A stretch of 64,000 bases of DNA, taken from positions 4,832,001-4,896,000 of the forward strand of contig CH464491.1 of NCBI GenBank assembly GCA_000002445.1. Direction: 5' to 3'. Source of the DNA: Trypanosoma brucei. Taxonomy: Eukaryota. The notes under the pieces are model-generated. The model did not search any database and had not been told where the DNA came from. It saw nothing but the letters and a program-made list of their open reading frames with translations. Of the stretch, positions 9,799-20,224 are shown one piece after another (the stretch's first letter is position 1; every line of letters begins with the position of its first letter). The position numbers and the translations under genes are program-made.

Positions 9799-12057
9799 GT
9801 GACACTGTCAAGGAATTGCACAGTGTACACGTGGACATCGCTGTATTCTCCCGATAGCGATCACCATCACATATTTTTCGACGTTATTGTTGGAGACGGC
9901 ACAGATGCACTGAGTTTCCCGCGGCTTCGAAAGCCCATGTACGCATGGCTAAAAGCTGACTGGAGGAATTTCCGTCTCAAGGTTTACGAGCTCTGCAGGA
10001 AAATTGGTAGAGAGGAGAACGTCAACACCCTGGAACAGAAATTGAGCTCCGCCATCCGCATTGCGACGAAGGTCTCCGTCCCCCGTGGCTGCAGAGCAAC
10101 GCCACCACATTGGGCACCTGAGCTCGCGAAACTCGATGAAGAGATCGCTGGATGCGGACCCTCCCACCGAAGGGAAAAGTTGGTAGCCACGCGTAAGCAG
10201 ATCCTGGACCGTACCACAAAGAAGAGATGGAGTACGCTATGCTTCAGACTTGCGGTGTCAGACCGCTGCAGTTGGCACATTGTCAAGAAGGTATATGCGC
10301 CACGACCACTAACCACACCGGCTGTACTTGTTGATAACGCGGCCATCACGGACTACTGTCAAGCTGAGAGGTTCAGTAAACTGTACTCGTCCCGCACAAG
10401 AAGGCACCCCGACTCACACCCACCGGCACCAATAAAGACGATAGCGAGTGAGTTCAGTCCCATCACGATGGCTGAACTACGGAGATCGATCAAACTGCTT
10501 CCGAGTGAATCCGCAGCCGGACCTGATTGCTTATACAACGAGGCACTGCAACATCTCGGTAGAACAGCGCTGAATGTTGTTCTGAGGCTATTCAATGAGA
10601 GCCTACGAACGGGAGTCGTGCCGCCTGCATGGAAGACTGGTGTTATCATCCCCATCCTGAAGGCCGGAAAAAAGGCGGAGGACCTCGATTCTTACAGGCC
10701 TGTGACGCTCACGAGCTGTCTCTGCAAAGTCATGGAGCGCATAATTGCCGCGAGACTTAGAGACACTGTTGAGTCCCAGCTGACGACGCAGCAATCAGGC
10801 TTTCGCCCCGGATGCTCAACGCTCGAACAACTCCTGCACGTCCGCGCTGCCCTCTGCCGTCCCACGCACCAATATCGTACGGGTGCTGTATTCGTTGACT
10901 ACGAGAAGGCATTCGATACAGTAGACCACAACAGAATTGTGAGGGAAATGCACAGAATGAAGGTATCACCCCACATTGTGAAGTGGTGCGTATCATTTCT
11001 GAGTAACCAAACTGGCAGAGTGAGATTCAAGGAGAAGCTCTCCAGAAGCAGAACATTTGAGCGAGGAGTGCCACAAGGAACTGTCCTTGGCCCAATCATG
11101 TTCATTATTGTCATGAACTCGTTGAGCCAACGCCTTGCAGAAGTGCCGTTGCTGCAGCACGGATTCTTTGCAGACGACCTGACGCTACTTGCGAGGCACA
11201 CAGAGAGGGGTGTCATCAACCACACACTACAATGCGGTCTAAACGTGGTGTTACAGTGGTCAAAAGAGTACTTCATGTCTGTCAACGTAGCGAAAACAAA
11301 GTGCACACTCTTCGGGTGTATAGAGCGCCACCCCCTTACATTACAACTGGACGGCGAAGGAATAGGAGCTGACAGGACACCGAAGCTTCTAGGAGTAACA
11401 TTCCAGTGTCTGCAGGGGATGGCAACACATGCGGCCGAAACGAGACGCAAGATGGACTTCCAACTACTGCAGATAGCAGCCATCTCAGCTTCTATATGGG
11501 GGCCAAGACGACAAGTACTGAGAGCTTTTTATCTAGCACTCGTACAGGCACACACCATGTATGGCATTGAGGTATGGTACTGGGACGCTTCAAAACGAAG
11601 TCGCGACCTCCTTGCATCAGCACAACACAAGGGTAGTCGAATCATAGCTGGCATACCGCATGGGACGCGCAAAGAGGACTCTCTGCTGGAAGCAAACCTC
11701 CTGCCACTCAAGACGACCACTCTTGTGCGCAGCATGAAATTCATACTGATGTGTGAGTCACGAGGCGGATGTTTGCGGCGCAGTGGTGAGGAAGTATACC
11801 ACAGCAAACACCCAGTCAGAGCCCTACATTCCCGCATCATGCTGTCCTACCCCCACCTCCGCATTGAGCCACGAGAGCACACACTAGAGACATCGACGCT
11901 CCGCCACAGCTGCCGACCGCTATTTCACACGCAGATAAAGCCTGTGTGCGCTGATGACACTGACGATGTCAAAAGGGAGGCTTCCGAAAAGTGGATTGAA
12001 CGGCATTTTGCACGGAGGGGGAAGGAGCCACCGCGGCGAGAGCACTACGAATTGTAG
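9799..12057 (+). CDS. ingi ORF segment: linker plus reverse transcriptase
   Basis: The 752-aa ORF carries RT motifs: SYRPVTLTSCLCKVMERIIAARL, QSGFRPGCST, AVFVDYEKAFDTVDH and FADDLTLLA (the YxDD box). Confidence 0.85.
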   Translation: MTLSRNCTVYTWTSLYSPDSDHHHIFFDVIVGDGTDALSFPRLRKPMYAWLKADWRNFRLKVYELCRKIGREENVNTLEQKLSSAIRIATKVSVPRGCRATPPHWAPELAKLDEEIAGCGPSHRREKLVATRKQILDRTTKKRWSTLCFRLAVSDRCSWHIVKKVYAPRPLTTPAVLVDNAAITDYCQAERFSKLYSSRTRRHPDSHPPAPIKTIASEFSPITMAELRRSIKLLPSESAAGPDCLYNEALQHLGRTALNVVLRLFNESLRTGVVPPAWKTGVIIPILKAGKKAEDLDSYRPVTLTSCLCKVMERIIAARLRDTVESQLTTQQSGFRPGCSTLEQLLHVRAALCRPTHQYRTGAVFVDYEKAFDTVDHNRIVREMHRMKVSPHIVKWCVSFLSNQTGRVRFKEKLSRSRTFERGVPQGTVLGPIMFIIVMNSLSQRLAEVPLLQHGFFADDLTLLARHTERGVINHTLQCGLNVVLQWSKEYFMSVNVAKTKCTLFGCIERHPLTLQLDGEGIGADRTPKLLGVTFQCLQGMATHAAETRRKMDFQLLQIAAISASIWGPRRQVLRAFYLALVQAHTMYGIEVWYWDASKRSRDLLASAQHKGSRIIAGIPHGTRKEDSLLEANLLPLKTTTLVRSMKFILMCESRGGCLRRSGEEVYHSKHPVRALHSRIMLSYPHLRIEPREHTLETSTLRHSCRPLFHTQIKPVCADDTDDVKREASEKWIERHFARRGKEPPRREHYEL

Positions 12058-12069
12058 ACTGATGAATCC

Positions 12070-12738
12070 GTGTCCCTCGGTGAGAAGTCCGGAGCAGCTG
12101 CCCTGCTCTATAGAAACAACACGCTGATTTGTGCACCCAAGACCGGAGCAGGGGAACTCTCATGCAGTTACAGAGCGGAATGCGTAGCATTAGAGATAGG
12201 ACTGCAACGGCTGCTGAAATGGCTTCCGGCATACAGAAGCACACCGAGCAGGTTGTCCATCTTCTCCGACTCGCTGTCAATGTTAACAGCACTGCAGACA
12301 TGCCCCCTAGCCGTAACGGACCCAATTCTGAGACGACTATGGAGGCTTTTGCTTCAAGTTCAGAGAAGGAAGATACGTATCCGACTGCAATTTGTGTTTG
12401 GCCATTGTGGCGTGAAACGGAATGAGGTTTGTGACGAAATGGCCAAAAAGGCCGCTGATTTACCACAGCTGCGAGATACATGGATCCCCGACATCATTGA
12501 TTATGCGAAGCGAGTGCTTATGTCGAAAGAAGTCCATGAGAACACTCATAGGTTTGGTATCACGGGCAACCACTTTCCAATAAAACATAAAGAAGAACTG
12601 ACGAGGGAAGAAGAAACGGCACTGGCACGCTTTCGGGTTGGGTATTCAAGACACTATGGATGGATGTTGCGAAAGATCAACCCGAGTGTAGTGTGCCCCC
12701 ACAGTGCCGATGGTGTAACCCGCAACATGCAGCTATAG
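12070..12738 (+). CDS. ingi ORF segment, RNase H-like. It is in the same frame as RT but separated from it by an in-frame TAG.
   Basis: ..LSIFSDSLSMLTALQ..FVFGHCGVKRNEVCDEMAKKA.. A TAG at 12055-12057 and the 12070 ORF share frame 1 with the RT ORF. Confidence 0.7.
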   Translation: MSLGEKSGAAALLYRNNTLICAPKTGAGELSCSYRAECVALEIGLQRLLKWLPAYRSTPSRLSIFSDSLSMLTALQTCPLAVTDPILRRLWRLLLQVQRRKIRIRLQFVFGHCGVKRNEVCDEMAKKAADLPQLRDTWIPDIIDYAKRVLMSKEVHENTHRFGITGNHFPIKHKEELTREEETALARFRVGYSRHYGWMLRKINPSVVCPHSADGVTRNMQL

Positions 12739-13973
12739 GGCCAACAATACAAACAGCCCCAACTGTTGCGACACTCACTCTTCAGAGAACCTCCGAACCA
12801 ACCAAATGTACGGAATGTGATGCCACATACCAATGCCGCTCGAGTTCTGTGACGCATATGGTAAACAAACATGGCTTTGTGCGAGCTGATGCCCTCCGGA
12901 GGATCAAATACGGCGATGCAACACCTGCAGTGGATATCCCCCCGGAGCCCCCTCCAGTGGTAGCGATCGTTCCTCTACCATCGAGCACACAAGTCCCGAT
13001 GAGACCACAGGTGCTTCATTGTACCCTCTGTGCCTCCAAATTCGCAGTGCCAGGCCGACTATTATACCACCTTAGAACAATACATGGCATAGGCAGCGGT
13101 AGTGGGCGCGTGAAAAGGGGGCGAGAGAACGAGGACTCAGTGCAAGGAGATGGTAGAGCCCCAGCACCGCCAGCCCCTCAGGATACGCGAAAGCTGCCGT
13201 TTCAATGTGACCTGTGTGAGGCGAGCTTCGGTACACGTTCTTCCCTGTCACTACACAAGAAATTCAAACATAAAAGCATAGTGACGGAGGACGGTACCGT
13301 GGTGGTGGTGCAGTTCCCTCGTAAGCGTGCCCGCGAGGGAAACGTTGACGTCCCGGGGAAAGGGGAGATGCAGTGTGGTGTGTGCCAAAAAGTCCTCAGT
13401 TGCAGGGACTCCCTCATCCGACACTGTAAGGCTTTCCACAAAGGTGAGGGAGTCGAGCTTAAATGCAGCAAAAGCACAAAATTGTGTGCCACTGATTCCC
13501 CGCATACAAACACATCCATGTTGGTGTGCCCGACATGCGGAAGGCAATGTGCTAGCAAAACTGGCCTCACCCTACATCAAAAGAAGATGCACGGTATGAA
13601 GGTAGAGAGCACTGTCACCAGCCAACGCTGCGACTGCGAAGAAACGTCGCTGCACTTGATGAGCTGTCCCGGTTTGAAGGAGTTACGTGTCAGGTTTGCG
13701 GTAGAAGGTGTGTTTGTGCAGGATATATGCCTCTCTAAAAGGCTGGCGCAGTTTCTCATTGCGGTTGAACTGAGCCGGCTGCAGGTGAAGTCCTCACCTA
13801 ATGTAACAGTCATACAACCCACTCTCCCTTCTGAAACTTCCCCTCTTATTGCCGAGTGTGGAGCTAGCAGGAAAAGCACCGGACGCAGGAATAGTCTAGA
13901 CACCCTCAGAGACAGAGGGGGTATGCAGTCAACAAGCAACAGAAACAGAAAGAGAAAGAGGGAGAGAGAATAA
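12660..13973 (+). CDS. ingi ORF segment: C2H2 zinc-finger C-terminal domain, frameshifted relative to the RNase H segment
   Basis: Multiple C2H2 fingers are present: CTECDATYQCRSSSVTHMVNKHG, CTLCASKFAVPGRLLYHLRTIHG, CDLCEASFGTRSSLSLHKKFKH and CPTCGRQCASKTGLTLHQKKMHG. Confidence 0.7.
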   Translation: MDVAKDQPECSVPPQCRWCNPQHAAIGPTIQTAPTVATLTLQRTSEPTKCTECDATYQCRSSSVTHMVNKHGFVRADALRRIKYGDATPAVDIPPEPPPVVAIVPLPSSTQVPMRPQVLHCTLCASKFAVPGRLLYHLRTIHGIGSGSGRVKRGRENEDSVQGDGRAPAPPAPQDTRKLPFQCDLCEASFGTRSSLSLHKKFKHKSIVTEDGTVVVVQFPRKRAREGNVDVPGKGEMQCGVCQKVLSCRDSLIRHCKAFHKGEGVELKCSKSTKLCATDSPHTNTSMLVCPTCGRQCASKTGLTLHQKKMHGMKVESTVTSQRCDCEETSLHLMSCPGLKELRVRFAVEGVFVQDICLSKRLAQFLIAVELSRLQVKSSPNVTVIQPTLPSETSPLIAECGASRKSTGRRNSLDTLRDRGGMQSTSNRNRKRKRERE

Positions 13974-14559
13974 TAAACGAATAACAAAAATCAAAACAAA
14001 AGGATTGCTAATTGACATCTTCGGGAGAGTCCGGGGTGAGGGGCTTGTCGCCCCATCTGCTGTATTCCGTTCAACTGCGGAGCTACAACAAAAATTATGG
14101 AGAGTGTGTTGGGATGAATAAAAAAGGGAGACTCTGCCACAGTCGCCAGACCGATAGCATCTCAGGGCTCTACGGTGATGGCTGATGGCCGCGCCAGTGG
14201 GGGGAAACTCTCACGAAGGCACGAAGAAAATTTCAAAAAAAATTTTCTGTCGATGGGCTGCAAAGCTTGACCACCGCTGTACTGACAACCGCCAGTAGAA
14301 GTTCTTCACGAGGCTTCTTCCATTATCTTATCATATCTTTTGTTTTCCGGTTTAAAGAAAGGAAATTATTTTGGATTGGGAGTCATATTGAAATCACTTA
14401 ACTTCGCTGCGCGTGCTAGCTTGACGGGTTGGTTCTCCTCACAATTTTATAATTATTCTTTCTAGTAGCTTTGCGTCTTCGTCTAAGATGGCTAAAAAAT
14501 ACAAGGCTGGTGTTTACTCATTTTCTTTTCTTACACAGAGTTTTTTCTTCACTGACCTT

Positions 14560-15500
14560 GTTGCAAATAAAATTATAGCTAATAATCATAGCCTTTCCAC
14601 TTATAATAAAAGTTTTTAATAGTTTTATTACTATACCACTTATTTTCTGTACACCTATAGGCCTATACCAACTAAAATGTTTCACAACCTTATTTGATTT
14701 CTCTTTCTACGCAATTGTTTGTCGTGAAAAATGAATAAACGGAGTCTTTTCAACTTCACTATTATATAAAATAGAAAAGAACCCTCTCCTCACAGTCCAG
14801 ACCAATCATTTCTCTCCTCTTCGAAAAATCTCTGTCCAACAGCTTCTTCCTGAATTGCACTCAAAATTAGTAATAGTTTTGAAATACTTTGATCATACCA
14901 CAATTACTCACTTCCGTTCAATAACTCTTCAAATGCATATTCAAATTTCCTAAACGCTCACACTCGCGCTATTAATCCTCCTCCACTAAGATAAGGTTTT
15001 ACACTAGGAGGCGATTTCAGTAAATGCGGTAGCTTCTTATCCTATTCTTTTCTGTAGCCCACATTTAAAAACCAAAAACATCTCTGCACATGCTCCTTGG
15101 ATCTGAGTTCATGAGCAAATCAAACTGAGGAGCATAACACTCTGATGTTGTCATGAATATAATAGGAGAAATATGCTTCTCTTTTACTATATATTCTCCA
15201 CTAAACTTCTCTTCATATTCCGCAGTATTTTGTATAAAATATTATACTGTTTTTTCATACTTATTTCCATCACTAACTATAACATCAGATCCATCCAAAT
15301 GAATTGCAGTATCCTCATCACTTGAATTCTGTCCTTATAAAAATTCCATAAACCATCTAGGCCTCTTAACATGGCTATACAAACTTCCCATCGCAATTGT
15401 AATAATTTCAATGTTACTTAGTTTGGGACTCAATATGAGCCTACACTATCCCTGTGTTGCATGAGTTTGAACCACAACCATAAAAACTCTGAGTTTCTTA
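14560..15500 (-). pseudogene. recurrent family copy 2 (ESAG3-like?), heavily degenerate with no ORF of 60 aa or more
   Basis: DNA homology to 5040-5830 (for example ..cactaactataacatcagatccatccaaatgaattgcagtatcctcatcacttgaattctgtcc..) and to 45380-45440. Confidence 0.4.
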
Positions 15501-16014
15501 AGAGCATTATGTGTTACAGTTGCTGTTTTTTCTTGAAAAGATATTGAACTTAAACACACTAAATGCAACAGTAACAGTAAAGTTCGCAAGACGCCGAATT
15601 TCACTTCCTAGGAAACTTTAAAAATTTGCAAGATATGTAAGAAAAAAGTACAAGGCTTAGGAGAAGGAGATATAAACACAAGGAGAATTTTAATTTTGAA
15701 CAAGTTTTCAATTCTAATAAGGAAATATACTTCTCTGTTTCTAAATATAAATTTTAACATTTATGGTTCTTAGTGGCCTCTATTAATGTAACTAACGTAG
15801 CTACTCCATTTGGCATGTACACTAAAATTATTATCTCCATTGCTGTTCTGTGAATCATTTACATGAGATAACAAGAGTAGCCATATTCACATTCTGTCTG
15901 AAATGCTAATGTCCCGTATCTTTTTCTTTCTCTCCCTGTTCGCTTACTTACTGTCTTTCCGCCTCGTCAATGGTATATGTGCTACTATTGTTACAGTCCA
16001 TTTCCTCTTAAACA

Positions 16015-16100
16015 CTGTTTTTATTATAATGGTAGCATGCGCATACTCACAACACTCTCTTATTATCATAATTACTATCACTGTTACTGTTATTATCTAT
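16015..16100 (-). repeat. 70-bp repeat unit
   Basis: gcatactcacaacactctcttattatcataattactatcactgttactgttattatc. Confidence 0.7.
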
Positions 16101-16225
16101 CTATTATACATATATTAAGAAAAATTGAAATAGGAATTTTTTCATTTGCTATAACCTTACTACTTTACCCGAAGAGATCAATATCATAACAAGATTTCCA
16201 CTGATTTTCTAATTTTTATCAAAAA

Positions 16226-16241
16226 GTGTTAAAATATAAAA
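16226..16241 (-). promoter_or_regulatory. VSG 3'UTR 16-mer variant
   Basis: The reverse complement is TTTTATATTTTAACAC. Confidence 0.6.
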
Positions 16242-16324
16242 ATCCTCTTAAAATAGAAAATTTTCATAAATTACATAAAATTAAGCAAAAACCTTAGAAT
16301 ATTTAAAATACTTAAAAAGTAAAG

Positions 16325-17940
16325 TCAAATAAAAGGAGCAGCCATAATAGAAAATTTCTTATTGAACAGAAAACTGGAATCTTTGCAAGTTTCGCCCTCC
16401 CATTTGCGACCATCTTTGCATTCATCCTTTTTCTTATCTTTGCACTTATCTGTTGTTGTTTCGGTTCCTCCAGTTTGGGCTTGTGTTACAGAAACTCCTT
16501 TTTCTTTCGCTTTTGTTGAGTTAAATTTCCAGTTATTTTCTCCTGTTTTAACCTCCTTATGCCAACTGCATATCTTCTCGTCGTTACATTTGGGTTCATC
16601 AGATATTTTATTGCACTCGGTTTCTGGTGATTTGCCTTTTAAATCCGCTAGTTCGGTTTCGACTTGCTTCAGTTTTGCAGCTCTCTTTATTTCCCGTTGT
16701 TGCATGGTGGCGCCATAATACTCTAAAATCTGCTCAAGTTCGCTTACATCGGTTATCCCCTGGAGTTTTTTGCTCTCGCTTTTGGCGGAAGATATATCGA
16801 CCACAGTTTCGGAGTCTACTGCAGTCCAAAGTGCTTTAAGTTTGCTGTTTTCTGGGCCGAACCAGGCCTCTTTGATGTTCTTCAGGTCCCCTGTGATGTC
16901 ACTCTGTCTGCTGCTGTTTAGGCCGCTGAGTGTTATTCGCACCGCTTTATCGATGTGGCTGCCGCTTGCGATGTCTTTGAGCATCGCCTCTCCGGGTTCT
17001 GGGCTTTCACTTAGTTTGGTGTTTTCCAGTTCCCGCACGGCCGCGTGTACTTTGTGCCAGAAGCCAAGGTTCTTATCGCCTTGTTTTGTTTTGAGATCAG
17101 TTAATCCGGGTGCTGTTGGCTGATCGTCTGTTGTTAGTGTTATCAGGCTTCCTGCGAGTTTGAGTCCCTGGGCATTGCCTGGTACGTGGAAGCCACCGCT
17201 GGATTGGGTGCTTCCTTGGTGTTTAAAGAAGCCGCATTTGCTTGCTGTCCCCTGGCCGCTAGTGCCCGTGACTTCAGTGTGCCCTTTGAATCCGTTGTCG
17301 TCTACTGTATTGGACCAGCTGCTCGTTCCGCTTAAAAATCCGCATCCTCGGCGTTTTTGCACCCTTTGGCCGCAACTTCCGCTAATCCGTCGCCGCTGTT
17401 GCTGCTGTCGCTGTGGCAATAGGCTGTGGCGCCGTTCTTGTTCGAAGCCAGCATTGTATGGAAGCCAGATATATACGCAGCTCCTGCATGGGTTAACGCT
17501 GCGGCTTTCATCGTTGCGCTGCTCATGGTCGTGAGCGTTTGTTGAAGCTCTGTCGAGGTTAACGCCGCCGCTGTCGCCAATGCCCGTGCTGCATCGGCGG
17601 CCTCTGCTTCCGGCTTAGATGTCGTGTACACCTGCAACTTAAATTGAGTTGCTTTAATCTTTCGAAGGTTTCTTGTCGCCGTTTCCAAGTCTTTTGCTGC
17701 TTTCTTTGTTGTCGAACGCAATTTGCTTGCAAGTTCACACTGCCTCGTCCACAAGTCGTACTTAAGGGCGTTTTGAGCAGCCTCGCTCTTGCATCGCAGT
17801 ATAGCCAATGCAATTGCTGTCTTTAGTACTTGTGCGGCAACTGCATGCGCGATATTTGCACCGACTCTTTCGTCGAGCTTTGTTTGTCGCATTGAGGCAG
17901 TGGCTCCTTTTATTGCGGTCTCGTTTAATCTAGTTTGCAA
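16325..17940 (-). pseudogene. VSG: VSG pseudogene with a frameshift at about 17332-17419
   Basis: The A-type N-terminal domain ORF is 17332-17940. The second ORF, 16325-17419, ends ..NNWKFNSTKAKEKGVSVTQAQTGGTETTTDKCKDKKKDECKDGRKWEGETCKDSSFLFNKKFSIMAAPFI*. Confidence 0.85.
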
Positions 17941-18426
17941 TCTGATATAACCTGTGTGTTACAAAAAGTAGCGATACTTTGGCGCTCCTCTATTTCTGCC
18001 ACAGTGATGCAGATTAGGAAGGGATAGTTGCGGTGTCTTACCCTGTACTCCAGCTCTTTGTCTTTTCTCCCAGCTTATTGTTGCGTATCCTGTCGTTAAG
18101 TTCCACGTTTTTTTCCTTTTTTTATTTTATTGCGGTGTTTCGGCGGATGACTTAGCGAAAACATTGGCTTGTGCACTGGATACTCTTTTTTCCCCGTTGT
18201 CTCATCCATTATCTCCTTGTGTATGGTTATGCTTATTATCATGTTTGTATTTGAATCTGCGTCTACTCAATCTTCTTTTTCCCCTTACTTTCTTGCTTTT
18301 ACTTTTATAATTACCTTGTACTTTCCTAGTCCCTCTCGTAGTATTTATCTTACTTATACTCATATTTTTTTCTACTACTTTAAGTTATTCTATTTTGGTT
18401 TCCCACTTAGTCTTCTCACAAACAGT

Positions 18427-18530
18427 CTTATTATAATATTCGTATATACACACTTACATCATCATTGTTACTGCTACTAGATTACTATCACCATCCTTAC
18501 TATCACTGTTATAACCATGACTGTTATACA
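18427..18530 (-). repeat. 70-bp repeat, one to two units
   Basis: cttattataatattcgtatatacacacttacatcatcattgttactgctac... Confidence 0.7.
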
Positions 18531-18709
18531 TAAAATATATGTAGAAAATAAAAATATCACTCATTTTTCATTCCTTACTTTTCTACTACGTTATACCATT
18601 ATGTTACAGTCACACTCTTCTTTCTAAAAATTTGAATATTGTTATCTGTTTTTTATTTGCACAAGAAAGCATTAGAGTATATCAAATTTTATCAATTTTA
18701 GAAAACTCT

Positions 18710-20224
18710 CTAATAATAGATAATTTCATAACATTCATAAAATTGGGCAAATTTTCTTTTAAGTGTTATGCTATAATGAAAAAAGCAAGCAAAAAGAGGG
18801 ACCTTTTTAATGACAAAAGAATTTCTTGCTGTGGTGTTTGTCTTCCCATCATTTTCCACTTTTACCCCATCTTTAACTTGGCACTTGCCGTCTTTGTGTT
18901 CGCAATCTTTGTCTGCTGTACATTTACTTTCTTCTGCGTCTTCTTTGCATTTTTCTGATTTCTTGGAATCTACTGCTGCTTTTGTTTGTTGTGCTGCTGC
19001 TATCTGCGCCGCGCGATCGGCTAGTATTATGCTTATTGCATTTAGTGCCTCGTCGTCTGTGTTGACGTCCACAATATCCACAGCTTGCACCTCTCCTCCT
19101 TTATGAATTTTAGCCTTTTGGCCTGGTTTTAGAGTAGTGAATTTGGCGTTAAAGGCGTCGCTGTCTTTTCCATATGCGTCTTTTAAAAATTTAGTTAGGG
19201 TTTGGCGGTCGCTGTCTGAAAGCTTTTTCTTTCCTCTGTACCCTGGAAGGCAGCTGCCGGCGGCTTCGACAACCAGTGTTTCTGCTGCTAGTGCCTCCCC
19301 GTTTAATGTTAGTTTCTTGCCTGCTGCTGGTTGTGTCCGCAGGGCGTGACAGATCGTCTTTGCCGCGTATTCGTCCGGTTTGTCGCTTTCTGTTGCTGCG
19401 TTGTGCGCGCTGTTGCACTCACCGACAGTTCCTGGGTTAGCGTAAAGCTGGAGGCTCTTGATGGGTTCAGTTCTGTCGGTTTCCTTAAGCCCTGATTGCG
19501 TTATGGTTGGCGACAGACTTCTTACATTGGCTTGGTTGCAGCTGCCTGAAGCTGTGTTCCAGTCAGCGTATGCCGCTCCGTTGTGATTGCAGCTGCTGCC
19601 CATGGTAAGCTCTAGGGCATTGTCAGCTGTTTCTTCCGCCTTTTTCTGCGTGTCAGCTATGCGTAAACTTAGTAGTTTTGTTGGGTTCGGTTCGAGGCTG
19701 TTGATTTTCCCTTCTGTCAGCTTATGTTGTGCGCCGCAGTCTAAAGGCGTTGTTGCATCCGCTCGTATGATGCTGTGCGTCGCCTGGGTCGAGTCCTTTT
19801 GTCTGTGGCCATCGGTTTTCACTGCGAGCTTCAGTTGGCTTAATGTGGAGATCGCTGCCAGCTCGCGCCGGAGCTTGTTGATTTGTGTTAGGGCTAGTTT
19901 GAAAGTTGTCCCTCTTGTGGCCGATTGCTGCTCCGCTACTCTTGCTTTGTGCGCGGCCGCTATGGCGATGGCTGCCAGCAAACAACTTTGTGTCGCGCCT
20001 TGGGTTTCTACTGCTGCTAGCAGTAGTTGCCTCGCTTGGTCAGTTGGCTCTTTCGTTGTGTCGCCGTTGGCTTTTAACCGCTGGCTTAGCTGTTCCTCCA
20101 CAGCGGCGAGGTAAATGTCGGCATCACACGGTGTTTTTATCGCTGCTGCTGCTGGATCTTCAGCTGCTTGAGTGTGCACTTCGCAGAAACCCATCAGTAC
20201 GGCTAAACATAAATAGATTATCAT
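18710..20224 (-). CDS. VSG: full-length VSG ORF (504 aa) with a signal peptide. The GPI signal is lost by a 1-nt slip in the homopolymer at about 18806-18810.
   Basis: MIIYLCLAVLMGFCEVHTQAAE.. The as-read C-terminus ..NSFVIKKVPLFACFFHYSITLKRK.. is atypical. The +1 frame gives SFVIKKRSLFLLAFFIIA*, a canonical GPI signal. Confidence 0.8.
   Translation of the reverse strand: MIIYLCLAVLMGFCEVHTQAAEDPAAAAIKTPCDADIYLAAVEEQLSQRLKANGDTTKEPTDQARQLLLAAVETQGATQSCLLAAIAIAAAHKARVAEQQSATRGTTFKLALTQINKLRRELAAISTLSQLKLAVKTDGHRQKDSTQATHSIIRADATTPLDCGAQHKLTEGKINSLEPNPTKLLSLRIADTQKKAEETADNALELTMGSSCNHNGAAYADWNTASGSCNQANVRSLSPTITQSGLKETDRTEPIKSLQLYANPGTVGECNSAHNAATESDKPDEYAAKTICHALRTQPAAGKKLTLNGEALAAETLVVEAAGSCLPGYRGKKKLSDSDRQTLTKFLKDAYGKDSDAFNAKFTTLKPGQKAKIHKGGEVQAVDIVDVNTDDEALNAISIILADRAAQIAAAQQTKAAVDSKKSEKCKEDAEESKCTADKDCEHKDGKCQVKDGVKVENDGKTNTTARNSFVIKKVPLFACFFHYSITLKRKFAQFYECYEIIYY

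Larger units (their letters stand above)
9706..14245 (+). mobile_element. ingi non-LTR retrotransposon, 5'-truncated (AP-endonuclease domain and 5' RIME part missing), with an A-rich 3' end
   Basis: The RT, RNase H and C2H2 ORFs are collinear. The length is about 4.5 kb against about 5.2 kb for a full ingi. The sequence ends ..gaaaatttcaaaaaaaa at about 14245. Confidence 0.8.

Noticed and set aside
12660..13973. C2H2 zinc-finger protein as a cellular transcription factor
   Set aside because: It is collinear with RT and RNase H and is the known C-terminal domain of the ingi/L1Tc ORF.
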